Assembly (NCBI GenBank): GCA_951406725.2
Contig: OX597832.1
Location: 71,176,001-71,240,000 of the forward strand
DNA: 64,000 nt
Direction of reading: 5' to 3'
Origin: Octopus vulgaris
Taxonomy: Eukaryota
Positions 39,503 through 51,974 of this stretch are shown in pieces. Each line of letters begins with the position of its first letter. Position 1 is the stretch's first letter. Position numbers and translations under genes: made by a program. The notes under the pieces were generated by a model. It was given only the letters and a program-made list of their open reading frames with translations, was not told the origin of the DNA and searched no databases.

Positions 39503-40522
39503 TCTTTTTCTCTGCCTCCATTCTTTGTTTATGAATGGGGCAGTACTTTTTTAAATGTTTTTCTCTGCTGCAGAGGTAGCATTTTGGTATTCGCCCCTCT
39601 TCAGCAATGTGCAGTCTGGTGCCGTCCGGCAAATTTACCGAGTTAGGTATGGCATTTATATTTTTCTGCTGGATTTGTACCAGCAGCTGCACCCCCATAC
39701 CTGACCAGTTCCTCTCCTGCAACCTCTGCACTCCTAGAATAGTAGCAGTGTCCTCTATGTCATAGAGGACAGCTGCCACTAGCCAAGATATACTTAGCTC
39801 GGGCGGCACCTGATCAATTTTAATTTCTGTCACTCGTCGACCAAGGTATGTCGGCACGAGCGACAAATTTTCAGTCTGCAAGGGTGAAATGGCATGCTTT
39901 GTTGCTTCTTCTTCGGTAGGGAAGCGAACCTCCACGGTTCCGAAACGCTTCCCTCTGGTGACATAGCTCTTTTGGCCCCATATGGACTTTAGAGCTATTT
40001 CAAGTTGTGGTGTTGCAGTGATCAACTTTTTTAATTTTCTTTCGAAAACTCTGTATATTATTGTTTTTTTTTGTTAGTGTCATGTATCAGTTGTTGAGAA
40101 AAACAGTTTCTTTCTTTTCTTAACAACACTTTAGCACTTTTTATTTCTTCCATCGTAACTTTTACTTCTTCCGAGCTCTGCTTTGTAGCAGAGGCGAAAC
40201 CGTTACAATGGCTTTCATTTTTTGTGTTGTTGCTGGTGGTGTCGAAGTCATTATTGGTCTTCTTTCCTTCCTTCTCCGGTACTGGAGCAATCGTGGAGGG
40301 AAGAGCAAGGAAGTCTTCGATGACGTCAAAAGTGACGCCTTCGTTTTCATTTTCATTTGGAACGTTGCATGCGTCAACACGTTCTTTTGAAACAACTTGT
40401 TTGCCTTTTAAGGCACGAAATGGGCGGTCAGGTGAAATACTTAAATCATTTTTTGTTTGTGGTGGGTGTGGTGTACAAAGAAGGGAACAGCCAACTGTTC
40501 TCTTCAATGACATGTTTTTCAA
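38706..40522 (-). pseudogene. Tx1-like ORF1 (CCHC zinc knuckle, poly-Q and Pro/Thr-rich tail), interrupted
   Basis: ORFs 40058-40522, 39144-40025 (CYLCSREKHLKKYC) and 38706-39071 are collinear upstream of ORF2. Confidence 0.8.
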
Positions 40523-40611
40523 TATGTAAGTGCATGTATTTTCAAAATGTCAATATTTCAAACTGCAATTTTGCCCCTAATGGGGTAAAATTTTACCTAA
40601 CCAACTAGCTC

Positions 40612-40848
40612 CGCAAGGAGTTAGTCGGCTTATCCTTTCTCCTAAAGGTACTAGGCCTGAAATTTTGGAGGGAGTGGACTAGTCGATTTCATCGATACCA
40701 GCGTTTCACTGGTACTTAATTTATCGACCTCAAAACGATGAAAGGCAAAATTAACCTTGGCGAAATTTGATCTCACATCGTGCAGACGTACGTAATGCCG
40801 CTAAGCAATTTGCCTGACGTGCTGACAATTCTGACGGCTCGCTGCCTT
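40612..40848 (-). mobile_element. tRNA-derived SINE
   Basis: Reverse complement of the 34525-34740 family. Confidence 0.8.
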
Positions 40849-40876
40849 GATGATGATAGCAGTTATGATAGCAGTA

Positions 40877-40932
40877 TATTTAGAACTAAGTATTATTTGT
40901 ATCTAGATACAAATAATACTTAGTTCTAAATA
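40877..40932. repeat. 56-bp perfect palindrome with no spacer
   Basis: tatttagaactaagtattatttgtatct|agatacaaataatacttagttctaaata. Confidence 0.97.
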
Positions 40933-41059
40933 CCATTTAAAATAGATATAAATAGTTGTTAAAGGCTTTTTACTTTATTTATTTAAGAATACTAAATTGT
41001 AAAGAGTTATGGGCATATTATTTTTGTATAACTATGTATAAGTGTATAATATGTATAAT

Positions 41060-41600
41060 ATAAGTATTTGTATATGAATATTTGTGTATTTATATATTTG
41101 GATATAAGTGGGGGGTTTTTGTGTGCATATTTGTATTTTTTATACTGGTCTTTATATTTATGTATATTGATATGTATTTACTTTTGGATTTCAGTATATT
41201 GTTATGTACATAGTATGAGTCAATGTACTAAACATATTGTGGTCACTATTGGATTTGTATATGTGTGAATACATATGTATATATTTATTTATTCATGTAG
41301 GTTTATTTGTGTGCATGCGTGCGGTAGTCTTAAGTATTATTGGGTTTTTTGTATGTACATATTTGTATTTTTTATATACTGGTACTTGTTTGTAAATATA
41401 TCTTTATATTTATGTATATTGATACGTATTCACTTTTGGTTTTCAGTATATGGTTATACACTTAGTATGAGTCAATGTACTAAACATATTGTGGTCACTA
41501 TTGGATTTGTATATGTGTGGATGCATGTGTATTTATATATATTTTTTATATATTCATGTATGTCTATTTGTGTACATGCATGTGATAGGTTTAAGTATTA
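41060..41600. repeat. Degenerate ~250-bp tandem duplication
   Basis: tagtatgagtcaatgtactaaacatattgtggtcactattggatttgtatatgtgtg at 41211 and 41463. Confidence 0.8.
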
Positions 41601-41969
41601 TTTTATGTTATCTTCTTGTATATTAGATATTATATATGGACTTCAGTACACATTTGTATAGGTGATGTTTGTACTGGTCTGTAAGTATGTAAGAATATAT
41701 GTGTGTATATATCGATGTATATATGTATGTATGTGTGCTTGTATATAGGTGTATATATGTATATTTGTATATATATATGTATAGGTGTATATGTATGGAT
41801 ATGTATATGGGTGCATATTGACACATATGTTTTTGCATGTAGTAGGACTTTTACTAGTATTGGTATTATGTTTTTTCATATTTAACTATGCTGTATAATT
41901 GTTTGTGTGGTTATTATGTGTGTATATTAGTATATACTCCCTACATGCTTGTATTGGTTTGTGCATTTT

Positions 41970-42003
<34 letters not shown>

Positions 42004-43837
42004 CCCCTTTCGTTAATACTAATCGGATTGAACTTCTAATGTTTGCTTTTTGTATCTATCTATACTTGTTTAATTGTAGGCATACCTATTGGGGTAAATT
42101 TTTGTAGGCATCCGTATATTTATTGAGGCAGAAATGTGGATGTATGAATATACGCGTTTGGATTAGTGTGTTTGTATGAATATTTGTTTGAGTTTGTATA
42201 GGGGTTCATTTAGGAGGATTGTAAGAGGTCATATGTATATTTGCTTGAATATATATGTATGTATATATGTGTATATATGTATATATATGCACACATATAT
42301 ATGTATATGTACATATATATGGATATGGTTTGTTTTTTTAAATATTTTTATTGGCAGTACATGACGGTTTTCTCTTCCACTTTCATGTGTGTATATGGGA
42401 ATAGATGCATATATATTTATATGTATTCCATTAAATGCAAGTTGCGTTGTCCATTTTGTACTTTTTTGTGGAAGTATGCATTGTATATATGTATAGCTGG
42501 TTTTGTTTATGTGATGCATAAATAATGTAAGGCTGCGTTGTCCATCGAATAATTTTTGGTTTAAATTTGCATATATGTGCATGTATGTATAAATGCAAAT
42601 CGTAGGTGGAAAATAATTCAGTGGACATAGTTGTTTATTTACGTATTGCATAATGATATATAAGCTTGCGTTATCAATCGTTTACTTTTTGGTTTTAGTA
42701 TACTTTGATGTGTATGTATGTATAAATGCAATTCCTATATGTAAAATAAGATAACAGATATAATTATTATTTTTTATTTTTTGTTTACTTAACGCGTAAC
42801 CCTATAGGTAAGTATAATTCACTTCTGAGGTATAAATCACTTCCTAAGTATAAGTACATATACGACCGTAAATATAGGTGTTTGTTGCTTATATACCTAT
42901 CCAAGTTTTAACATATAAATGAATGTACCTTTATTCAACATTTTATACAGTTTAGATAAACTATCATGATCTGTTTAACTAACTTTCTGACCCCATATTG
43001 TTTTGAAACAGGCCAAACGGATGCGTTTAAATGAATTAGCCAATTGGAAATAGATCAAGAATTTACGTGACCGCTCCCTAAACCCTAATATATTTTAAAT
43101 ATTTAATATGCATAGGTTAAATAGCCAATATTTTAAATTACTGCTCCCTAACCCCCAATATAATTTTAAATATCTTTATATATTTAATATGCATACTTTA
43201 ACGCAAAACTCGGACTAAATTAAACTTGAACATGGAGTTTAAGTTACTACTATGGTTTTTAAAATTAAATTTATTTGTTTATGTGGATGTATTAACTTTA
43301 ATATCCATATAACAACAATGTAAACATTTTGAAATCTAATATGAATATAACGGGGACTCATATTTTGTGGAACTGACCTTACCTGGAATTGTAATTCGGA
43401 CTGAATGTAATTCGGACCTGGAATTGTAATTCGGATGCTAGAATTTAACTTGTTCGTGTTAAGCGGATGCGTTAAGTATCATTTAGATTATGTTTGTATA
43501 ATATATTCATACGCAAATATCTTGTTTGTGCATATGTGTATATATATATGTGTGTGTATGTGTGAACATTTATACTTGGTACCTTGTTTCATGAATTTTT
43601 GTTACGTTTAGTATTACCGTTAAAACAACATTACTGTTGGTATTGTTAAAAGTGGTAGTATATTACGTTAGAATGCATTTACTGAACTATACAAAGCATG
43701 ATAATCCAATGTAATGTGATATACTGTTCAATGTTGTTCTTTATGTTTTTGCACATGTGATTATTATGTACGATTTGCCTATGTATGTATATGTATGTAT
43801 ATTTGTATATTTTATATGTATATATGTGCTTATATAT

Positions 43838-43896
<59 letters not shown>

Positions 43897-43920
43897 TCAT
43901 ACATATATGCTTATATATAA

Positions 43921-44006
<86 letters not shown>

Positions 44007-44102
44007 ATTTTGAATATGTCTTATTATTTATTTTCTTGTTTTTATTGGATAGTATGTTTTTTATATATCAATATTATTATTATACTTTTCTAGTTATGTA
44101 TA

Positions 44103-44234
44103 TCCTCTGACGAGGCCTTTGGTTATTTAAACGTACAAATATAATCTTTAATGCCTAGGACTATATTACAATGGCATCTATAGGCGATTTAAGTTGAATT
44201 GACACTTGGCCATAGGCTGAAACAGCTGTAAGGA
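44103..44234 (+). ncRNA. Type I hammerhead ribozyme motif with extended stem II (Penelope-type)
   Basis: tcct-CTGACGA-ggcctttggtta...tggccataggct-GAAA-cagctGTA-agga; stem I tcct/agga, palindromic stem III, GUA cleavage triplet. Confidence 0.7.
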
Positions 44235-44573
44235 GAAGTTTATTTGTATTATTTTTATTTTTATTATTATATTACATATTGATATATATTGTTTTGTTCG
44301 ATTTTTCATGTTCCCATTTGTATAATTAATAAATAATGTGAAATTGTAATATCCGTAAGTTGATGATCGAAATGAATTTGTTTCTCCATTTTCTTATTTG
44401 TATTATGAATTTACGGTAAAAAATTTTTACCTTCACCCATTCAATACAATAAATGAATTAATTGCATTGCAATTAAAAGCATTTATGTATTTAGTATTTG
44501 GGTACTTTACCAGCAGTATATTGGATAACTGATATCCCATAGCGGGTTACTTTCATAACCCCTATCTTACTTT

Positions 44574-44659
<86 letters not shown>

Positions 44660-44895
44660 TGTATGTATGTATGTATGTATGTATGTATGTATGTATATAC
44701 ACGTAATTTTCTGTCTATCTGTTTTCAACAATCAAACTAATTAATTTTATAAATGCATACATACGTACATACATGCATACATACATGCATACATGCATAC
44801 ATACATACATACATACATACATACATACATACATACATACATACATACATCATACATACATACATACATACATACATACATACATACATACATAC

Positions 44896-47800
44896 AAGCG
44901 CCGAAGTACATCCCTTGACCAAGTTTGCGTACATGAGGCTGATGATATCATAAGACTTGGAAGGCAGCACCTTGAGCAACATGTCTTGTCTGATAACCTA
45001 GAATACATGCCCAAAGAAATCGCACGGCTCTACCGCAACGTATCATCAGATGAAAGGATGAAACTATATGCGCAGAAAACTATGCATGGATATGTTATAG
45101 CTAACTCTCCATAAAAGAGTTTTTTGGCATCCTTGAATCCTTCATCCTGACCAGATGACCACTCCATCTGAGCCTTTGCTTTAACACAAGAGCTTCTATA
45201 CTTTCACACCGAGAGCCTTCCAATATTTCAAGATCACTGATGCGGTCTTCCACTTAATGCCATAGATTCGTCTGAGGCACATCTGATGGAAATGTTCCAG
45301 TTTTTTAGGTGGTATCGATATGTGACCCACGTCTCGCAGGCATAGAGAAGAGAAGGGAGCACACATGCCTTGTACACCTTTATCTTTGTCTTTCTGCATA
45401 TGTCTCGCCGACTCCAGAGGCGCTTTTCTAGCCTTCCGAAAGCAACACTTGCTTTCCTAATTCTATATGGAAATTCATCATCTAAATTGCTATATCTATT
45501 AATAGTGCTTCCCAGGTAGACAAACTGATCAACTACATCAAGTCGTTTACCATACACATAGATATTTGGTACACTATACTGCTTGCCAGGGGCAGGTTGA
45601 TGCATGACAACAGTTTTCTTGAGATTGACTGTCAATCCTAAGGCAGTACAAGCATCAGAGAATGCATTCAAAATGTGTTGCATATCAATTTCTGTGTGTG
45701 CTACTAGCTCACAATCATCTGCATACAAAAGGTCTCTTATGATAGAGGTAAATAACTTTGTTTTTGCAGCAAGGCGCCTGATATTAAATATGCTGCCAGA
45801 GGCTCGATAATGGACGTAAACACCGTATCTGCAGTTTCAGAATGCAATACAGAACACCATCGCAAAATATATGGATAATAGGGTTGGTGCCAGAATATCC
45901 CCCTGTTTCACTCCATTTTGTATTAAAATGGGCTCCGATATTTTCCCTCTAACATTCACCCTGCCATTCATGTCTTCATGAAAAGAACTAACCAAAGCAA
46001 GGAACTTTTCATGACACCCAAATTTCTGGAGGACTTTCCACAATGCTTTTCTATTGACGGTATCAAAGGCTTTTGTCAGATCGACAAAAACCCGATACAA
46101 ATCCAGACCCTGTCCCACACACTTCTCCTGAAGCTGTCTAGCTGAAAAGATCATATCAGCAGTTCCACGTCCCACACGAAAGCCAGATTGACTTTCTGGA
46201 AGAATACAATCTGCAATGTATTTCAGCAGACGATCCAGATGTACCCTGCATAAAACCTTTCCTACGACAGACAGCAATGATACTCCCCTATAATTACTAC
46301 AATCATTCCTGTTGCCCTTTCCCTTATACAGGACCACCATTACTGCATCTCTCCAGTCCTCAGGTACAGATTCACTAGTCCATATCTTACCAAACAAAGA
46401 GTGAAGTTTCTGCAGAAGTTTCTCACCACCATGCTGTAACAACTCCGCATGTATGCCATCCATACCCGGAGACTTCCCATTATTCAACCTTGAGACAGCC
46501 ACTGCAACTTCTTCCAACTTTGGTGGTTCTTCAAGTGCTGTCTTCACAGGTAAACCAGGTATGAGATTGAGAACATCCTCACTAACTACAGACTGCTGAT
46601 TCAAAAGTTCATCAAAGTGTTCTTGCCACCTTCGCAGAATTCCTTGTGAATCACGAAGAAGTTTTTTACCATCCCTGCTTCAAAGTGGTGTTATCAGGGA
46701 AGACGTCGGTCCATAAACTTCTCGCAAGAGATTATACAGCAACTTTGTGTTATTGGAATCTGATGCTGCCTGTATCTCATCAGCCTTCTTACTCCACCAC
46801 GTATCCCTCATCTGAGAGAGCCTTTTCCTCACACGTGATTTTACGTCCTTGAGTTCCCTATGCAACACTTCCCTTTCCTGTGGCTTTGCTGACAAATAGC
46901 GTGACAAGGTGCGTCTTTTATCAGCCAATAAATCATCTATATGATCATCATTTTCTTTAAACCAATCTTGATGCTTTCTTTGTATCAATCTCAGAACTTT
47001 CTTGCCTATATCATAAACTGACTTTTTAAGGGTCGGCCAATCCTCCCCAATATCTGCAGCATTCATTTCCTCTCGTAAAGTTCTCTTCACACTATTACAC
47101 CTAAGACGATCAACATTCAGTCTTTTAGGCAGGGTAATCCCTGCAGCTCGGATTTTATGTTTTGTGACTAATTTCACTTTTGCACGTACTAGGTGGTGGT
47201 CAGTCCAACACTCCACGAAGACCACGAACACACTGCACATCCTGTCTGTCACACACCCTAACTAGGATGTAATCCAGAATACGCCATTCTTTAGATGCAG
47301 AGTGCATCCATGTAGTCTTAAGCTTATTCTTTTTTTGAAACATGGTATTGGTAACACACAGACGTAGCTCCTCAAACATCTGCAGCAAAAGCATGCCATT
47401 ACTATTACACTTCCCCACCCCATGTTTTCCAATTACAGTCCATGTGTTAAAATCCCTACCCACTCTAGCATTAAAGTCACCCAGTACGATGACTTTGTCT
47501 GCCCGAGGGATATTTCTTATAATACCCTTCAAAGCATGGCAGAAAGAAAGTTTTTCGTCATCAGTATAGCACATAGTTGGAGCATACACACTCACCAAGG
47601 TCATATAATTTCCTTTAACCAAAAGAATTCTCATGGACATAAGACGCTCGTTAATTCCGACTGGAATTCTTCCAACTTGTCCATAAGGGTAGTCTTAACA
47701 GCAAATGCCACTCCAGCTTCTCCTCTAAACTTTTCATTCCTCCCTTTCCAAAAGAATGTATATTTTCCATAAGATTCTGTAAGATGACCATCTCCAGGTA

Positions 47801-48345
47801 ATCTCGTCTCAGATAAAGCAACGATGTCAAGATCATAGCATTGAAACTCCTTCGCAATAATCGCAGTCCTTCTTTCAGGACATTCAGAGGACTTTTTTTT
47901 AAAGTGAGGAAAGGCTGTGCACTGAGTCAATCCCACTCACTAAGCAACAGCAGCCATAATCCGAAAAGAAGAACAAGTCAACATCATCGGTAACCACTGA
48001 GCCGCAGGTTTTATGTCGGAGTTATCCCAGTTACCTGAGTTACCTTCTTCTAGAAGAATGCCCTAACAAAGGCTAGGAGTCCTTCACTCCCAATGGTTTA
48101 ACCGCGCGATCGGATATTCAGTCCGATTATTTCTATGTCCCCGCGCATGATACAGCCTAAAGACATTTATTGGATGGCCGTTGACTCTCAAGAGTTCCTC
48201 CGCCCTTTGACGGGTTTTGTTTTTCATTCCGCAGGGTGTCAAATACACACCCTCCTCACCAAGCAAGCTTGGTGGGGTTGCCGGTTTAGTCGCCGACGAC
48301 CCGACCATGCAACAGGTAGTACTGGGTTACATGTTACCAGTAGCA
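44896..48345 (-). mobile_element. RTE-BovB-like LINE, near full length, flanked by (TACA)n on both sides
   Basis: PERRTAIIA, ALSETRL, SVYAPT, LGDFNARVG, LDYIL, TDH, GKSPGMDGI, NYRGVSLL, QSGFR, FVDLTKAFDTV, GVKQGDILAP, LYADDC, FVYLGS. Confidence 0.92.
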
Positions 48346-48621
48346 CATACATACATACATACATACATACATACATACATAGAAACACATACACATTATA
48401 ATACATGAAGATAGAATGAACAGGTTTTAATCCAAACTACTATAGTTGTTTCTGTGCATCAGTATGGTAACTGATACCTGTGGAGGAACTTTGTAAAGCA
48501 CGCTTCCAGTTTATTACTAGATGATATTGTGTGTGTGTGCGCGCGCGCAGGTGTGTGTGTGTGTATGTACGTTAGTGTGTATGTGCGCATGCATGTAAAT
48601 ATACACATATATATATATATA

Positions 48622-50275
48622 CTAGCATTATGACCCGTCGTTGCCGGGTCATAGTGCTAGTGCATGTATATATGTGTATATATATATGTATATATATTAC
48701 ATGTACATCTATATATATACATCTACACATAAAATACAAAGTTATTTCTTGATATCGCTAGTGATAACAATACTCAAAATATATAACAGACTGGAATTGT
48801 AGGCCCGTCTCTTGCAATTTCGATCAATTGTATCTTGTCCTCCCTCTTGTATAGAGGCTCTTGTGTGGCTACAATCCAGCCTACCTCTACTTCTGGGGGG
48901 ACATATAAAGGTAAAAATAAAATATTTCCACTTTGCAAGTTCGAGTCGAGTACTCCCTTGCACGCTCCGTTGACTCGAACCTTGCTTCTATTGTGGCGAA
49001 TTTACCGCCTCTGCTTAGATATCTTTCATAGTCGCACCAAGACACTTTTCAATGGTGCTTTCCTCCAGGTGTTCAAATCTTTTTTTTCTCTACATTGTAT
49101 ACTTTATAGACAATAGTTTTTTCTTTAATTTAATTTTTTATTTCGTTTGGTGGTGTTATCCTAGATTCACCGTCTTTGTCGGTGGTCAATCCGAAATAGG
49201 TTTGTATTTTTTCCATTTTAATTTTAATGATTTCGCGCCCGCCGACGGCTGCAGCGAAATTCATTTTTGGACTTTCTTCTATTGAAGGCATTCTAACAAA
49301 AATGCTTCCGTGGAAACGGTGAAAATATTGTCAATTTCCCCAAACAGGGACACAATTCAATTTTTAAACAATAACCAAAGCTCCTTCTCCCAAAGGGGGC
49401 GGTTACAGTTTACAATTATTTAACAAATGCAACACAACAACGTTTCCCTTACGAGGAACCAACAAACAGGATAACAATAGTTAAACAGTAATAATGATAA
49501 CAACAAACCTTACGGTGAATCAAAAAGCAGTACGCAGTTGAAGCTATAGACCTTTATGTATAAGAAATAAACCAACAGCAGTACTCAGTAGAAGCGTCTG
49601 TTCGAGAAAACAGACATTACATACAGCCAAACTTCATATAGATACTTAATGCTAGCTAATTAGCAGATAATCTAATGTAAAAGCCGTGGTAAACGGTATG
49701 TGCACAGCTCCATCTGGACTATTCCATTTCTGCACGCTAATTTTATTTTTAATTTATTCCATTCAAGTTCAAGTCATTGATGCAATTTTATACCAATTGC
49801 TATTTTTACTTTTAACTGTTATGTTACGATTTAATTTAGTTTGATTTTAATTATTACTTACTACATATAATTCAATTGTTATTATTATCTCTAATTTTTA
49901 TTGTTAAAGTGAAAGTATCTGACATAAAATAGAGAAATGTTTTTGTTTCACTTTTAACACGTAATACTGAAATAGTGGAGAAGATATGATATTGCGAGGC
50001 AAGAAGTTGAACATTTTTTTCCCCATGAAACTACATGGATCCTAAGTAAGGCATGTGTAAAATTTGAATGAAATTGGTTGTCTAGTTCTCAAGTTTTAGG
50101 AAATCGTACTGGAGAAGATATGATATTGCTGTGGGCTCGCCCTCGGCAAAAAGTTAAAAATTTTTTGCCGATGACACTCCCCGGACCCTAAGTAAGGCAT
50201 GTGTAAAATCTAAATGAAATTGGTTGTGTAGTTCTCAAGTTTTAGGGAAACAGACAGACAGACACACATATATAG
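48622..50275 (-). mobile_element. Non-autonomous Helitron carrying a LINE ORF1-derived segment
   Basis: 3' CTAG and hairpin tgacccgtcgttgccgggtca at 48622-48651; homologous in reverse to 13680-14330 and 17364-17979. Confidence 0.85.
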
Positions 50276-50287
50276 AGAGAGATATAC

Positions 50288-50318
<31 letters not shown>

Positions 50319-51974
50319 TGTATGTATGTATGTATGTATGTATGTATGTATGTATGTATGTATGTATGTATGTATGTGTGTATGTGTGTGTGTATGCATG
50401 CTTCTATGGAAGTGTGTATTTAGCTATCTATCAACTATATAACTAGATATTTATATATTTTAATTTATCTTTTAATTGCCCATCAAGTATTTATCTACTA
50501 CAAACCAGTGCAACGTATAAAATAAACACGCTTCCTTATCTCATTTCAAATCTGATAAAATTCTAATTAAGAATAGGACGATATATAATCGATCTTTAAA
50601 CATTTGTAAATGCATCGGAGTAAATACCTGTACGAAGGTATTTAGGATGATGTGTTTAAAAGCGCGCGCGCGTGTACATACATATATACACACACATACA
50701 CGCATAAATACAAACACATACACTATACACACACGCACACAAATACATACATACATACAGACAGACGGACAGATACTATTGTAGAGCCCAGCTCTCCAAT
50801 AATTCAAACATTTCATTCAAATTTGTTGAGAAAATGAACATTTTCAGGCAATTCCTTCAGAATATCTAACAACTCCACCTAAATTATACATTTGCATTGA
50901 TGTTTTTAATTAAATAACCAAGCATTTAAACAAAATTAAATAACCAAGCCTCCAAGCAAAAGAAAACATGTAACTCGGTTTTTCGAACCGAGAAAATAAG
51001 CAAGACTTCTCAAATTCAACATGTAGCAATTGGATTCAGTCCCACGTTTTGCCACATAGAAATCACATTTCGATTATGGGCGCAAACCCAACTGCTATCC
51101 AATCAAAGGCTATTGTTCACGTGATAGTGGCTTGTTTAGAATTTCCGTGAATGCAGCTGTAAGGAATATGTGAATATCTCCTCTTGCACTTTTGGGGTGC
51201 AAGTTGGTGCAATCACTTTCCGTTACTTTTATATCCAGACTCTACCAGTCAAAGAAACACAAAACGCAGACGTAAAAAATAGATATACTTTATTGTTTTA
51301 TACCGGTGAGAAATCAGTGGTATATCTGATGTCCTTGGTTCTGGGCGCGCAAGGCTGAAAGTTAATCGATTGTAATATTTACAATGTTCAGCCGCCAAAA
51401 ACAGAACGGGTCAAAAATGGCGTCCGGGTGAAGAAGATGATTTGACTGCAACAATTCAGGTTAAAAGTCTTCGGCCAAAAGACTGCTGCTATCAACCGGA
51501 GAGAGAGCGAATTAAACGTCTACTTCTATGAAATGCCTGCCGCTGTCTGTCGGACGCTAATGGTCAACGCTTTACGCTCCCTTGCCTCTTTGTTAAGGCT
51601 CACGCTCCCTTGCCTCTTTGTTAAGGCTCGCGCTCCCTTGCTAAGGCCACGTCAGCAAGGCCACGTCAGCTAAGGCCACGTCAGCAAAATTCCCTCTTTC
51701 GGACTTCGTGTATTCGCGAGAGGGCGTTGCGCGCGCGCGCTGTTGTATAGGATCACTACAAAGCTCCCCTCCAGTGCCTAAGCACGAACAACAATTCCTT
51801 GTAGTGACCATAAAACTCAAGGTGGACACCAGATAATCAAAAATAGCACACAATATAATACATTAAACACAAAAAAAAAAAAAAAATTCACCTTAAAGGT
51901 AAAAAGAGAAAAATACTCAAAATGAGCAAAGTTCAATGAGTACTGAACTGTCACTGGGAAGTCAATTGAAAATG

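Larger units (their letters stand above)
35093..40530 (-). mobile_element. Near full-length Tx1/L1-group LINE
   Basis: ORF1 with a CCHC knuckle, ORF2 with APE-RT-Cys domain, 3' AATAAA and (ATT)n; 5' boundary approximate. Confidence 0.9.

Noticed and set aside
38848-39646. 228-aa Val/Gly/Cys-rich plus-strand ORF
   Set aside because: Antisense shadow of the low-complexity Tx1 ORF1.
51574-51667. CRISPR-like short repeats
   Set aside because: Tandem repeats without unique spacers inside an LTR in eukaryotic DNA.
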